From contig CM102284.1 in NCBI GenBank assembly GCA_046563655.1, positions 1,054,001-1,118,000 on the forward strand: DNA of 64,000 nt. Reading direction: 5' to 3'. Source of the DNA: Yuukianura sp. NJ FZ-2021. Taxonomy: Eukaryota. Positions 1 to 12,891 of this stretch are shown one piece after another (position 1 is the stretch's first letter; each line of letters starts with the position of its first letter). The position numbers and the translations under genes are program-made. The notes beneath the pieces were generated by a model. The model saw only the letters and a program-made list of their open reading frames with translations, was not told the DNA's origin and made no database searches.

Positions 1-816
1 ATTTCTCCAGGAAACGGGGAAATGAAACTGACATTTTAGTGACATGCTTCATTAATCCCATATCTCCCCTCTAGAACGAAAGACAGGAGCTAATGAGCCA
101 CAACCTAACCAAATAAGTTTTTAGCCCCACCACGACTTGTGGTGGCTCACTTGCCCCACCAAAGGGCGGTTCCATATCCGGTTATGAACATTTGCATTAG
201 GTTTTGAATTTAGTGCAAATTGAGCAAGAGATTGACGTGTTAGATTTTGCAACAATATGGATGACATTCCGTGTTACGTGACCTCGGACATGTGTCAATT
301 CCGCTTCGTTTATTCATGTGACGTCCATCAATTACAGCGGGTATTAGTTTTCCGTAAAATTTCGGAGTTTTCCGGAAAATGTTCGGAATTTCCAGGAAAA
401 CGGAATGACGGATTAGCATAATGTACGCAAATAACTCTTGCACAATGGCGTGCCTGCTGGTCATGACGTGTTAGGGTGACACTTTTTTTAAGAAAAGTGA
501 AAACGCAGCGGGCACTCCCTTTGTTTGAACAAACTGGTTTCAAACGCCCACTAACTTTATGAAATTTTTTTGAAAATTTTTTATGAAACACGCCTACCAA
601 CTTTTGGCACTTTTTTTAAAAAGTGAAAACCAGTAAATTGCCGATTCCGGTGAAATAATTTGCGTAATCAGCCTAATGATAGGTTATGAAAAATGGGCGT
701 TGCGGGTGCGGCAATTTCAACGAAAAATATTTCTACGAAAAGCATTTGTGCAGAAAACTAAAAAAAATAAGCAGGAGATCACCAGTGTCTAAACATAGAA
801 TTCCAGGAAATGAGAT

Positions 817-880
817 TGGCTGAGGGGCTAGAGCATCTTCTCAGAAAGAGAGCGGCATGGGTTCGATTCCTCGTGGGTTC
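817..880 (+). repeat. Degenerate tRNA-derived (SINE-head-like) sequence
   Basis: A-box-like TGGCTGAGGGG and B-box GGTTCGATTCC at tRNA-like spacing, followed by a T-rich tract. Similar to the copy at 36792, but the cloverleaf stems are poor. Confidence 0.45.
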
Positions 881-3209
881 TTTATGTTTTTTATCTTTCA
901 TTTCACTTTTTTGAGCAAAGTTAAGCCATATGAGTTTCATCAAGCCTCAGAAGGTAGACTGAGGTTTGTGATTGGCTGAAAGCCAACTCGGTGTGAGCTT
1001 AATTGCTCATCACCTTCTGCTTACAGCTTTCGGTTTCGCTCACTTTCACTGTGGTTTATGTCTAAAGAAACCTTCAAAACGAAAGATTTTACGACGTGCG
1101 AATCCTCCTTTTCGCTTCGTAATAAAGGAAAAGTTTTCCGTTTTCTCAAGAAATTTCTTTGTTATCTTCCCCCATAAACGCCAACTAAACATTCCTAAAC
1201 TTGAGACTTTTCAGCCTTAGTTCCAGATTCCAGCGATTAAAACGCTGCAGAAACCTTTCTAGAAGCCATTACCGTAAAACTTCTAATAAGCTCCCAGGCT
1301 TGTATTTCAAATTCAAAATTTTACTCCGGGAATCGCTGGATACCCGGCTGTTTTTAGCTCCTGTGGTTACAGACTTGGTATTTGTTGGAATACTGGCGCT
1401 TACTTGTATATGGGCTTTATTAGAGCTTTTACGGTACATGATCAGCGCTTTCTTCTCATCGCTTTGTCACTTTCTGGAATTACTGTAAGCTTTCACTTCG
1501 AAGTGACTTTTGCCGAGTAACTTACACCTTGAGAGCCATTCATTTTTCATGCTCCTGGTTCTGGACGAGTGCCAAAGTGTAGAAAGCCTTACCCAATATT
1601 TATCTTCACACGTTACTCTAAACCCACTGACTAATGTTTCAAATTCTAAGCTAAAATGGTATCAGAAACTTTGTAAATTTTTTAACTTTTCTGAAAGTTT
1701 TTCGTTTAAAGTGAAAAATTTGGAGGAACATCGAAAAGCTACAAAGTTTTATCAACTTTTTCCAAAAATGATAAAACCGGCCATCTTAAACGAATTTCTT
1801 ACCCAAATTTTTGATGAATTGAGACAATGATATGAAGTCACGTATGAAATTTAATTTGATACTTTTCTTCAGTTTTGAAATTTCCGAAATTTGGAAAAGT
1901 CATTTTCAAAAAGCTTAAATAGAACTGGACTTGAATGTTACAGATACAACCTTACTTGAAACTTAAACCTCCAAATATTTCTCAAAATTCAAATTCTCAA
2001 AGTCCACTGAAATGGAGCACTAAAAAAGTTTGAAAATTTTATAAAACGGTTTTCTTTTATGATAATTCTGAACTCCTTTTGTTCCTGTCGATGACAAGAT
2101 AATTTAGGAGAGGAAATCTGAAAAAAGACAAAAAAGTAAAATGTAAATACGTAAAAGTAAAAATTTATCCGTTTACACAAAGTTGAAATTTGTACCTTGG
2201 ATATTATTCTGCACAGATTCTACAACTGCAACACTTGTGAAAAAGAAAAAACAGTTTTCTGAAAAACTTAAAAACGATTTTCAAATGCTACTTTTTTTTT
2301 AAAAAGTGGTTTTCAGCAATACTTGACGTTGCTTGGCTGAATGTTGTGGACCAACTGAGACTTGCCGAGTTTCTGCCCATGAGTTTTACGTTCCAAGAGA
2401 AAGTGGAGAAAGTTGCTCCCTTTCTTCTTCCCCCAGAATCAAATCGTCATGGACCTTTTTTCCAAGCGGTTCCACAACACTTTTGAACGGACTTGTCACG
2501 TACCCCGATCTTAAAAAATCGTCACTTATAGTCTAAAAGCTAAGACTAAATTGTTAGTCTTAGCTACACTTAACAAACTCAACCAAAGAAAATTCAAGAT
2601 TGACCGCCGATACCGGTTCACAAGTTACCGCCCATAATTACACAGGTTCATCACTTACCTCTGAGAAGCGTACCGGTTTATAAGTTACCGTCCAAAAGTA
2701 CCGGTTTACACGTTACGGTATATAAGAATACCGACTCCTCACTTCTCATCTCATCAGCACTGCGGTGCAAAAGTTGCCGTCCAGAACTATCCAGTTACTG
2801 CCGCACGGACAATTTACTTTGGATCGATTGAAGTTGACTTGTCAATGGAAACTCAAACAAAACTCACCACTGCTCAAACAAATTCAAATTATAACAGCAA
2901 CAGGTTACGACCAATGTACAATGCTAGATGCTAAAAGTTAACAACTTGCGGCAACTTGGACCAGAATTTGAAAAACAAACATCCACTTTCAAATTCTAGT
3001 CGTTTAGTTTCCGAAATTCGGAGAAAGTTCTGCGGAAAATTGAGAGAAATCTTCGTATCATCAAAATTTCCAGTTTGCTCAAAATGTTTACTCACAATTC
3101 TAGAAACCCCGGTTCTATTTCATATTAATTAATAGATTAGTAAAACATTAATAATTTTACATATAATAACAATATCAACAAAGTTTAATATTTAGTAATC
3201 AGGTTTAAA

Positions 3210-3519
3210 TTAGGACACGACACATTTGGATTTTGTGTGCCACGGATTTTCCTTGGCTTCCGGAGCATTAATAAACGGCTCCTGTGCCTCATGCTCCATC
3301 ACATACGCCTTCAGCCTAACCAAACATCAAAATCAACATGACCTTTGACCTCATATGCTAATTTTGTAATAACTCAAACTTCTTCAGCATTTAGCACTCA
3401 ACTTACTCTGGCAGTGTTTGTGAAGTTTTCTTTCTTTGCATCTCCGCCTGCCTCTGCAGTCCTTCCAAAATAATCTGCAACATTTCCTTCGTCAACTCAT
3501 TCTTCGATGCGTCCGCCAT
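3210..3519 (-). CDS. Heterotrimeric G-protein gamma subunit (Ggamma-e/Ggamma30A-like), 72 aa, 2 coding exons (3519-3407, 3315-3210)
   Basis: Manual splice GA|gtaagt...ttag|G gives MADASKNELTKEMLQIILEGLQRQAEMQRKKTSQTLPELKAYVMEHEAQEPFINAPEAKENPWHTKSKCVVS*. Typical GGL-domain size, ENPW motif and C-terminal CaaX. Confidence 0.85.
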
Positions 3520-4197
3520 TTCCGAAAATTTGAATTTTCCGCCTTTGAGAAAGTTCTACTGAAACTGCAGCTTTTTTTCAAAAATAAAAAATATGAGGTT
3601 TACTTCAACCTGTAAAAAGAAAAACACGGATGCATGCCTTCCGATGTGTAAAATTTGTTTTATAAATTACAATTTTCCAAACTCACCTCGCAGTTTTTTT
3701 TCAACCTGGCACGAAAATTTTAGAAACGAAACAAATGCACCACTTTCAAAATTTAGGTTGCAAAAAGTAAAAATGAGTGAAAATGAAGCTTTACAATTTG
3801 TACTGGAATGAAGATGTGTTGAGAGCCACACTGTCTGCATGTCTAACGGTCTAATTTTGGCTAGGTTTCTCCGTAAGTTGTGGTTTTCCTGTCGTGGTGT
3901 TCATTCGGTTCGCTAATTCTTCTAATTAATTTGAAGTCCTAAAAGTGACAAGGGTTCAGGATGTCACTCTTAGCATAAGGCAACTACGTTTGGCACGAAG
4001 CATCACAACCTCTTGTTTCTTTCTGAAAAAAAAATTGAAAACAGCTGTAAATTTTTTTCAGTTTCAGAGCTACTTTATGGTTTGACCTTGTAAGTCTGTC
4101 GGTCTGTCTGAAAACTGGAAATATTTTGGAGACGGCTCAACATATCCGTGATTTGTTCCTTTACGGTACTAACAACATGGTCCCTGTGTGTGTGGCT

Positions 4198-4439
4198 CAA
4201 GGTTGCTATAGCAACCACTAAATTGTATTTCCTACAACAGGTTGTTTAATAACTCAGGGTTTTCAAAATTTTAAGTGAAATAATTTTTTACACTTTTACC
4301 GCTGTTACATTAGATAAAAATCATTATCATAAAAAGGCACGGCGAAGAATATTTTGTAAATTATTTAACAAATTAAAAAACATCGAGTTATTGAATAACC
4401 TGTTGTAGGAATCGACAATTTGCTTGTTCACCAACTTTG
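4198..4439. mobile_element. MITE, CAAGGTTG-TIR family, copy 1
   Basis: Starts CAAGGTTGCTATAGC and ends CAACTTTG; internal inverted ACAGGTT/AACCTGT; flanks GTGTGGCT/CTTTGGCT match at 6/8. Confidence 0.6.
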
Positions 4440-4883
4440 CTTTGGCTCAACTTCTGGGTCAAACATGTTTTTTCTTTATGGAGTGATCAGTTGCATGTTT
4501 TGAAATTCGTTTGCTCTTAAAAACGTGTAAAAATGCTAGTCTTTTAAGCTTGGTTTAGGTAAGAAGGATACCTCATTTATTGATTTTAACGCGGAGTTCA
4601 TTAATGAAAAGAAGGTTTTAAAAATTAATTTGTTTAGGAAAAACATCCTGTAAGGCGTTCCGTTGAATAATTCAACCATGTTTAAAAACATTTTCTAAAA
4701 TTCATTTTCGTTTATGTAAACTCTACCCCTGCGAGGATACAGCGCATGCGAAAGAACACATAACGAGTGGAAATTTGACATTTCATATTAAAGGTCGAAT
4801 ACTATGTACACTATTAGTCACCAAGCCCGCAACCAAACCAGTTCTATACCTAAGCAAATTTTTCAAAACAGAATTTGAAAAAA

Positions 4884-7322
4884 ATGAAATCTCATATCAA
4901 ATTCTCAGTTTTTGTTCCACTCATACCCTTATTTGTTTTTGTAAATTTTTGTAAATGTAAGCTGCCATCTATTATTCAAATCACGAACCTACATTTACTT
5001 TTTGACCAGTTTCCGTATAGTGACAACATGCTAATAGCTCCAAGTCAAACACAACCTGAAATCACCAAGGGTTTCAATGTTCCAGTAAAACTGTTCTACA
5101 TCAAAACAAAGCAAAGTGAGTATTGCTATGACGACGTACTCCGTGAATTAACTGATTACCACCTTTCTGGAATGCGCACGAAAACGAGTAAATTGAAATA
5201 CTTTACAATTTTTTACTTATTCCCGACATTTATTATACAAAGTAAGAGACGTCAAATTCAAGTCAAATCTTGTGTCAGTTTCTATCACGACAAAAGTGTG
5301 ACTGAGCAAATTAGTTACGCTAACGGATTCAAATTGAACATTATACAGCATGTTATTGATTTCAGTTCACGCTACTTATTTCATGTTGGATTACATATTA
5401 GTTTACCAAAAAATGAACCAACCCTGACTATATTTTCCCAACTTGCACCAATACTCCAAAATGTGACAGATCATAAAGAAACAAATATTGTGCAAATAAC
5501 ATTTCATAACACCGACAATGATTTTAAAAGAAACCACACCGAACCGCTCTTTTCTGTTCCCGTGATGCAAATGCTTCCATTGAATGACATGCAACATAAC
5601 TACTACTTTGAACGTAAGTACAATGACGAACATGAAAGTTATATCAAAATTGAAAAAGAGCGCCATCTAAATCCATTCAAAGCCGTTCAACTTGATACGA
5701 ACCTTACGCTAGTTGAGTACATCCAATTGCTCATACATGAGGAACTGCAAATACATGGTCTATCTTCTCAATTGGTGGGAAAATTGAATTCCAAGGAATA
5801 TTTGACCGTTCTGAAAAACATTTCAAAATATACTATGATACCTGAGTGTTTACATTACTACGAGAATGCCAAATTTGTTGTCGTTACGGGAACGGAAACT
5901 ATAAATTTTCTTACGTGTGATGGAGTTCATGAATCCCTCAGTTTTGAATTTTATGCAGCCCCGTATGACACACGTTGTTGGATTGGCGCCATCTTCCTTT
6001 GCATTTTAGTGGCTTTTATTCGTACAGTGTTTTATGTCAAAAATTTAATCAGTTTGACGGTAAAAACATTTCTTGCTTCTTGGATTAATTTCTTCTTTGT
6101 AACTGCTCTCAACGTGATGGATGTTTTTCAAAATTTTCGCAAAGTAAAAACTGTAAAAAACAAACAACAAAAACAAACTATAGTAACCAGTTTATGGATT
6201 CTTATGCTCCTCGTCTTGACCAATGCTTACAAAGGTGTAGTAGTTTCGTTTTTAGCATCGCAGCTACCCATTAGTCAAACTTACTTTGTAGTCAACCAGT
6301 TAGAGAATTTTATTTTGTATGCCGACGCAAACACATACGCTAACTTCTTAACATACCAAGCGGAATTGTATGACTACTCCATTAGTCAGATAAATTCAAC
6401 TGAATCCCTCGGTAATGACATTGTGTGCGATTGTATTCCATTCCATCACCATACCCGTCAAACAATACGCATTGAAGATGTGTCTAACCCAGTAATACAT
6501 CGCATAGCCCAATCGAGTCAAACAAACAACGCAACATGTCGAAATACTTCCGAAGTATTAATATCAAATCCTTTTCGGCAACAACTATCCTGTGACGACT
6601 ATTTTTATTTCCTTCAAAATTCAACCGGTACAACAAAAATTGTACAAAATGGAATCGCACTACAATCTCTTTTACCCAACCAATTTATAGCTGGTCTACT
6701 GATATCCTTTGTTCCAAACGACGACAGACCCTACACTACTGATATAAACCACGTCCTTACAAAAGTGACTCAACGCCTTTTACCGTGCAAAAGCCTTGCA
6801 TTTTTGGGGCTAGATTCCAACTTGGACTTCCTTTTAGCTCATATTGAAAACGCTCGCAACAAAAAATCAAAATTTAACTCAGAATATAAAAATTTTCGTA
6901 AAGGAAATGAATCAATTACTGAAATGGTAAATGTGTACTCCATAAATTCAGAATTTGTGTACAAGGAGTTACAAAAGCACTTGGCTTCAGGCGTATTTCA
7001 ACTGTGGGAGAAATGGCAACCTGTCCGTAATCCAACAGCACGAGATGAAATTATGAAAGAAAATTTGAAAATAAGGCGGGAGTTGGTTGGGCCTAAAAAA
7101 CTAAATTTGAGAGGAAATATTGTAACTTGTTTTTATATACTAATGATTGGTATTGGTATTTGTAGTTTAACATTTGTTTATGAAATGAAATTTGTTTTGT
7201 ATGAGAAAATAACACAGTGCGTCCTCGCCTGTGCAGTGCATCTGCGCGGTAAATTTGCTGTGTTAAGACTGCAGTTGTACCATGCAAGCAATGCCATTAT
7301 TAAACGACTATCTCATTGTTAG
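4884..7322 (+). CDS. Divergent ionotropic receptor (IR/iGluR-like), intronless, 812 aa, copy 1
   Basis: Hydrophobic N-terminus; pre-M1 'APYDTRCWIG'; M3-like 'SLWILMLLVLTNAYKGVVVSFL'; S2-end 'LASGVFQLW'; M4-like 'KLNLRGNIVTCFYILMIG...FVYE'. Confidence 0.85.
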   Translation: MKSHIKFSVFVPLIPLFVFVNFCKCKLPSIIQITNLHLLFDQFPYSDNMLIAPSQTQPEITKGFNVPVKLFYIKTKQSEYCYDDVLRELTDYHLSGMRTKTSKLKYFTIFYLFPTFIIQSKRRQIQVKSCVSFYHDKSVTEQISYANGFKLNIIQHVIDFSSRYLFHVGLHISLPKNEPTLTIFSQLAPILQNVTDHKETNIVQITFHNTDNDFKRNHTEPLFSVPVMQMLPLNDMQHNYYFERKYNDEHESYIKIEKERHLNPFKAVQLDTNLTLVEYIQLLIHEELQIHGLSSQLVGKLNSKEYLTVLKNISKYTMIPECLHYYENAKFVVVTGTETINFLTCDGVHESLSFEFYAAPYDTRCWIGAIFLCILVAFIRTVFYVKNLISLTVKTFLASWINFFFVTALNVMDVFQNFRKVKTVKNKQQKQTIVTSLWILMLLVLTNAYKGVVVSFLASQLPISQTYFVVNQLENFILYADANTYANFLTYQAELYDYSISQINSTESLGNDIVCDCIPFHHHTRQTIRIEDVSNPVIHRIAQSSQTNNATCRNTSEVLISNPFRQQLSCDDYFYFLQNSTGTTKIVQNGIALQSLLPNQFIAGLLISFVPNDDRPYTTDINHVLTKVTQRLLPCKSLAFLGLDSNLDFLLAHIENARNKKSKFNSEYKNFRKGNESITEMVNVYSINSEFVYKELQKHLASGVFQLWEKWQPVRNPTARDEIMKENLKIRRELVGPKKLNLRGNIVTCFYILMIGIGICSLTFVYEMKFVLYEKITQCVLACAVHLRGKFAVLRLQLYHASNAIIKRLSHC

Positions 7323-7887
7323 TCATCAATCAAAATATTGTTAGTATCAATATAATAACTTTTAAGAACGTTTTGTGTGCGAAGTGAAAAGTCTGGTTAT
7401 GCTTGTCTAGCGTAAATTTGAATGCAACGGTGTAAATATAAATGAAAAAATTCAGCTAATCATAAGATATTATATTCATTAGTTTCCAAATTCCGTTGTT
7501 TATAGTTATGCATATAGGAATTTCAAACTGCGTTCATTCCAAAACCTTGTCAACCTTGGAAACCAAAATGTGAACTTCCATGGGTATTTCTTAACCACTT
7601 TTGTTAGATATTTTACAAATCAATTCTGTCTGCAGCACCTATCCTATTTTTTGTTGGGTTGGAAAACCTGCCCAAAAACTTCTTGAAAAAAAGCTATAAG
7701 GTTTCGTCCGTTTTGCTTTTTTGGTATATGTAGTTGAAGAAACTTGAAAGCGGAATTTACTTCTCAATCAGTCCTCTGGTAATGTTAACAACAGCACGAA
7801 GTTAACTTAAAACTATTTTTCGTTGTGTTTTCAACCCGTCATTTTTGATTTATTTTTTCAAAATTTATCAAAACGTTGGTGGTTAGA

Positions 7888-9547
7888 ATGTCCAGTAGTA
7901 ATTTCAATTCAACATTGGCCATCATGGAACCTACCATGACTTTTCCAGTTACTGTAACCACTGGAAAACCAAATCAGGGTCGACCACAGACATGCGCAGA
8001 GGCAGAAGCTTTAGACCAGGTAAATTCAAAAAATACAAAAATTTTCGTTCTTTTTGAAAGTATTTTATGTTTGGAAAGAATTTATGAATTATAAAACTGA
8101 ATTGAACCATCACGTTTTTCGTTTTTTGAAAAGTTTTCATTCAAGTAAAAAAAAATTTGCAGCTAAAATGCGAAGTTCGAGATTGGTTCCCAGGTGAAAC
8201 GGAGGATTATTTTTTGCTGAGGTTTCTAAGAGGTAACACAAAAAAAATTACCAAAGCATTGCTGAAATAGCTTCATTAGTTTGTGGTTCCGTAAATTCAA
8301 TTTTTTTGTTCTAAATTTCCCACATTTTTAGCCAGATCTTTACATCTCGGGAAAACCAAAGAGATGCTGAGAAAGGTATATGAAGCCAAAAATACTGTGC
8401 ATACTGTTACACGTGCTGTGAATTCTGTAACAAATGTCTTGATGACGTAACTAATATTTTGAGTTTAACTTTTTTTAAATTGTTTTCAAAATTTTGATTT
8501 TTGTGTAGTATATAGAATTCCGTAAAACTAATCAGTACTTGGCAGCTGTTTGCCAGAAATCGTACGTTCCTACTGAATTTCTTGTTAAACAAATTCCATT
8601 CGTTTGGACTGGAAATGATTTTGATGGGAGACCAGGTTAGTCCGACTGTTTTTGTTTAAATTCTTATTTTAAAATTTTGCCTTCCAAAAATATTTTTTAC
8701 TATTTTTTTAAGTAATGGTACTTCAGGCAGGGCACGCAGATCTGAAACGGATGTTTGAGCAAGGAGCAAAGGAAGAAATTTTGAAACTGATACACTTTCT
8801 TCTTGAGTTTTCACTTTACGCTTCAGAAAAACAAAGAAAAAAATTCGGATGTACAAAAGTAACAGGAATTGCGGATTTGGATGGATTCTCTTTTCTTAAC
8901 GCCTTCCATACCCAGAGTAAAGTTTAAACAAAATAAATTATTTAACTTAAAATAGGTTGAAATAATTTGCTAACTTAATTGAATAACATATTTTTATTCT
9001 AATTTTGTAGCAATCCAGACTGTAATTTATGCATCTCAAATATTTGAAGCTTTCTATCCAGGTAAAACTACTATAACATTAGTAAATATGTTTCAACTGC
9101 TCAAAATATTACGCTTTCAATTGGAAGGAAATTTCATAAAATTTGTTTTTTATAGAACTATTACATTTACAAATTGTGATAAACGGTAAGGTGGAGCAAT
9201 TAAATTTGATTCAGTTTCTTATTATATTTAGCAAAAGCCTTAACCTAACGTTTCGTTTTCATCAATTAAAAGAAAGAGAAACTTGGATAAACATTTGTGT
9301 ATTGATTTTTTACTTTTATCTCTTTTTAGCTAATTGGATTTTTCAATCTGTGTACAACATAATGAAGCCTTTCCTAAGTGCTGAAACCGTGGAAAAAGTG
9401 CAAGTTTATGGATACGATGCGAGCAAGTGGAAACCGATTTTGAGAAAATATTTTCCAGCCAATTCAATCCCAGAAGAGTATGGCGGAACTGCTCCCTCAT
9501 TATGTGGTAGTTTGGAAACATTTGAAGAATTCAGCCCAACATTGTAA
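7888..9547 (+). CDS. CRAL-TRIO / SEC14-like lipid-binding protein, multi-exon, copy 1
   Basis: Spliced motifs 'EDYFLLRFLRAR', 'GIADLDG', 'FEAFYPE', 'KPFLS..T.EKVQ' and 'IPEEYGGT'; GT-AG introns. Confidence 0.85.
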
Positions 9548-10106
9548 CTCTAAACCTAACCTGATACGAACAAAAGCTTTATGGAGAAATAATAATATTA
9601 TTTCAATACTGTAATAATATATATACTACATGTATTATACGTATACTATATATTAGCTTATATGGTGTAGTGTAGTATACATTCAGTATACTACAGTTAA
9701 ATTAGTCTTTGAGTTTCAGAGCTACCTTTTATAGTTTGACCTTGTTTTCGTTTTTTAAGTTTGCTTTAGGTAAGAGGATACTTAATTTATTTATTTTAGC
9801 TAGGAGTTAAGAAATTAAAAAAAGGCTTGTGAAATAAATAATTTGTAATGGTAAAACCTCCTTTAAGGCGTTCCGTTTAATCATGCAACTTATTATGTTT
9901 GAACATTTTCTAAAATTAATTTTTGTTTGTGCCAACTTTACTATTGTGCGGCCACAGCGCATGGAAAACGAGGTACCTAACAAGCTGGAGACATTTCATA
10001 CTGAAGGTCGAACACTACACTAAAAGATACACCATTAGTCATCAAGCCCGCAACCAAGCCTATCCTACCAACCAAAAATAATAATCCCAAAAAAATAATT
10101 TTTAAA

Positions 10107-12513
10107 ATGCAATCTTATTTCAAATTTCCATGTTTTGTTACATTCTTACTTTTTTTGTTTTTGTTAATATTTGTAAATGTAATATTCAAATCACCAACCT
10201 AAATTTACTTGTTGACCAGTTTCCAAATAGTGACAACATGCTAGTAGCTCCAAGTCAAACACAACCTGAAATCACCAAGGGTTTCAATGTTCCAGTAAAA
10301 CTGTTATACATCAGCACAAAGCATACAGAATATTGCTATGACGGCGTACTTAGAAAAGTAACGGATTACCACCTTTCTGGAATGCGCACAAGAACGAGTA
10401 AGCTGAAATACTTTACAATTTTTTACTTATTTCCGAACTATATTATGCAAAGTAACCCGCACAATACTCCCGACAAATCTTGCGTCAATTTTTTCGAAAG
10501 CAAAAGTAGAACTGAACAAATTAGTAACGACAGGCTGTTTCACTTGAATATTATACTGCATGGCATTGATTTTGATTCACCGTACTCTCTTATTAAGTTG
10601 CTTACCAGTTTTGGAACATTTCAGAAAATCCCGGTTATATTTTCCAAACTACACAAAAATGTTACAGATCATAACAAAATAAGTATCGAGCAAATAACAT
10701 TTCGTAGCACCGACAATTTCTTTCAAAAAAACTACACCGCACCACTTTTTTCCGTTCCCGTGATGCAACTGTTCCCATTGAACGAAATGCAACATACGCA
10801 CTACGACTTTGGCTTTTCGTACCCTGCTGAAGATGAGCAGTTTGTGAAAATTGAAAAAGAGCGCCATCTAAATCCGTTCAAAGCCGTTCAACTTGGTGAG
10901 AAGCTGCCCCTGTTCAAGTACATCCATTTTCTCGTATTTGATCAACACCAAATATTTGGACTCAATTCGGAATGGGCGGGGGGAAAATTGAATTCAACGG
11001 AATACTTCTTTATTCAGAAACGCATTTCTTTAGGGGCTGTGATGCAACCTGCGTGTATACATTACCTGGATTGGAAATTTCTTATCATTACGGGAAAGGA
11101 AACTATAAATTTTGTCACGTGTGATGGAGTACGGGAATCGCTCAGTTTTGAATTTTATTCAGCCCCGTACGACACAAATTGTTGGATTGGCGCCATTCTC
11201 ATTTGCTTTCTAGTTGCTTTGACTTGTACCACGTTATACGTGAAAAATTTTGCCAGTTTGACGTTAAAAATTTTTTTGTTGCCTGCACGAATTTCTGTTT
11301 TGTAATTTCTCTCAACATGATTGAAGTTTTTCAAAATCTTCCGCAAGTAAAAAACGTAAAAAGCAAAGCAACAATGGTAACTAGTTGCTGGATTCTTATG
11401 CTCCTTGTGTTGACAAATGCTTACAAAGGTGTAGTAGTTTCGTTTTTAGCATCTCAGCTACCGATTAGCCAAACGTACTTTACAGTCAAACAGTTACAAG
11501 ATTTTATTTTGTATGTAGATCCACATACATATCGTAACTTCTTAAAATACCAATGGGAATTGAATAACTACTCTATGAGTAGGATTGTTTCAAGTGAACT
11601 CAAAGGGAATGACATTGTTTGTGATTGCTATCAAAACCAAAACGATCCTACCATTCGAATTGAAGACGTACATAACCCAGCAATTTCTCGCATAGCCCAA
11701 ATGAGTCAAACAAGTAACGCAACATGTCGAAATACTTCCAAAGTATTAATATCAAATCCTTTCAATGCAAAAATATCCTGCGACGACTATTGGCTTTTTC
11801 TTCAAAATTCAACCGATACAATCAAAATTAAACAAAATGGATTCAAAATACAATCTCTTTTACCCAACCAATTTATAACTGGTTTAGTGACATCGTTTGT
11901 TCCTAGGATAGACCCATTCTCCTTTTTCGATACTGATATAACCCACGTCCTTACAAAAGTGATTGATCGTCTATTACCATGTCAAAAGCTTGCATATTTG
12001 GGTTTAGGTTTCGACTTGGACTTACTTTTAGCTCATATTGAAAATAGTCGCAACAAAGAATCGCAAATTGACTCAGAAATCAAAAATTTCCGTAAGGGAA
12101 ATGAGTCAATTACTCAAATGGTAACTGCGTACGCTACAAATTCTGAATTTGTGTACAAAGAGTTACAAAAGCACTTGGCTTCAGGCGTATTTCAACTGTG
12201 GGAGAGATGGCAACCAGTTCGTAATCCAACTGGACGCGATGAAATTAGGAAACAAAATTTGAAAACAAGGCGGGAATTGATTAGGCCAAAAAAACTAAAT
12301 TTAAGAGGAAATGTTGTAACTTGTTTTTATTTACTAATGATTGGTGTTGTTATTTGTAGTTTAACATTTCTGTATGAAATGAAATCGATGTTGTATGAGA
12401 AAATATTACAGTGCATTGGGATATGTGCAATTCATGTACATGGTAAAACTGCTACGCTAAGACTTCAGTTCTATCATGTGAGACATTCAATTATAAAGAT
12501 ACTTGGGTATTAA
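10107..12513 (+). CDS. Divergent ionotropic receptor, copy 2, with two 1-nt frameshifts in T7 runs (pseudogene or assembly error)
   Basis: Colinear with copies 1 and 3. The homologous ATG is at 10107. Adding one T at 10150-10156 and one at 11271-11277 restores a full frame of paralog-matching length. Confidence 0.75.
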
Positions 12514-12625
12514 GCAGCGTAAGCTACTTTATTTATCAACTTGACTCTTTGTCCGTTTGTCCGTCCCTCCAACCGGTGCCTTCCCGTATCAACATTTGAC
12601 TTGCATATTAACTTGACTCGGCCGG
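12512..12625 (+). mobile_element. Dispersed repeat with terminal hairpin and (GTCY)n tract (DINE-1/Helentron-like); relatives at ~4062, ~9712, ~35182 and ~43171
   Basis: Shared head AAGTAGC-NNNN-GCTACTTTAT...TTGAC(C)T, usually followed by a GTCY microsatellite. Confidence 0.5.
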
Positions 12626-12891
12626 ACGACTGATCGAATACATCTCCTTGTTTTCACTTTTTTCATAGGCTCAGCATGCCATGTCCGGTAGGCATTGGAC
12701 AAGGATGGTATCCTCAACCACTGAGCCACTCCCTCGCTAAGTAATTAAAAGAAGGTTTTAGGAATGAATATATTAGGGTAATCGCCTAACCTCCAGTAAG
12801 GCGTTCCTTTTAATCATGCAACAATGTCTAAACATTTTTTGAAATTAATTTTTGCCTCTAGTCAGTTTTGTTTTTAGTCAAATGCGCCCAT

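Noticed and set aside
960-2540. Exon-like segments and short ORFs on both strands
   Set aside because: Candidate minus-strand frames contain stops and I could not build a coherent spliced product or recognise a domain; possibly a decayed gene.
2605-2810. Degenerate ~29-bp repeats (TACCGGTT...AAGTTACCG)
   Set aside because: Too decayed to define a unit, termini or TSD; likely an old TE subterminal array.
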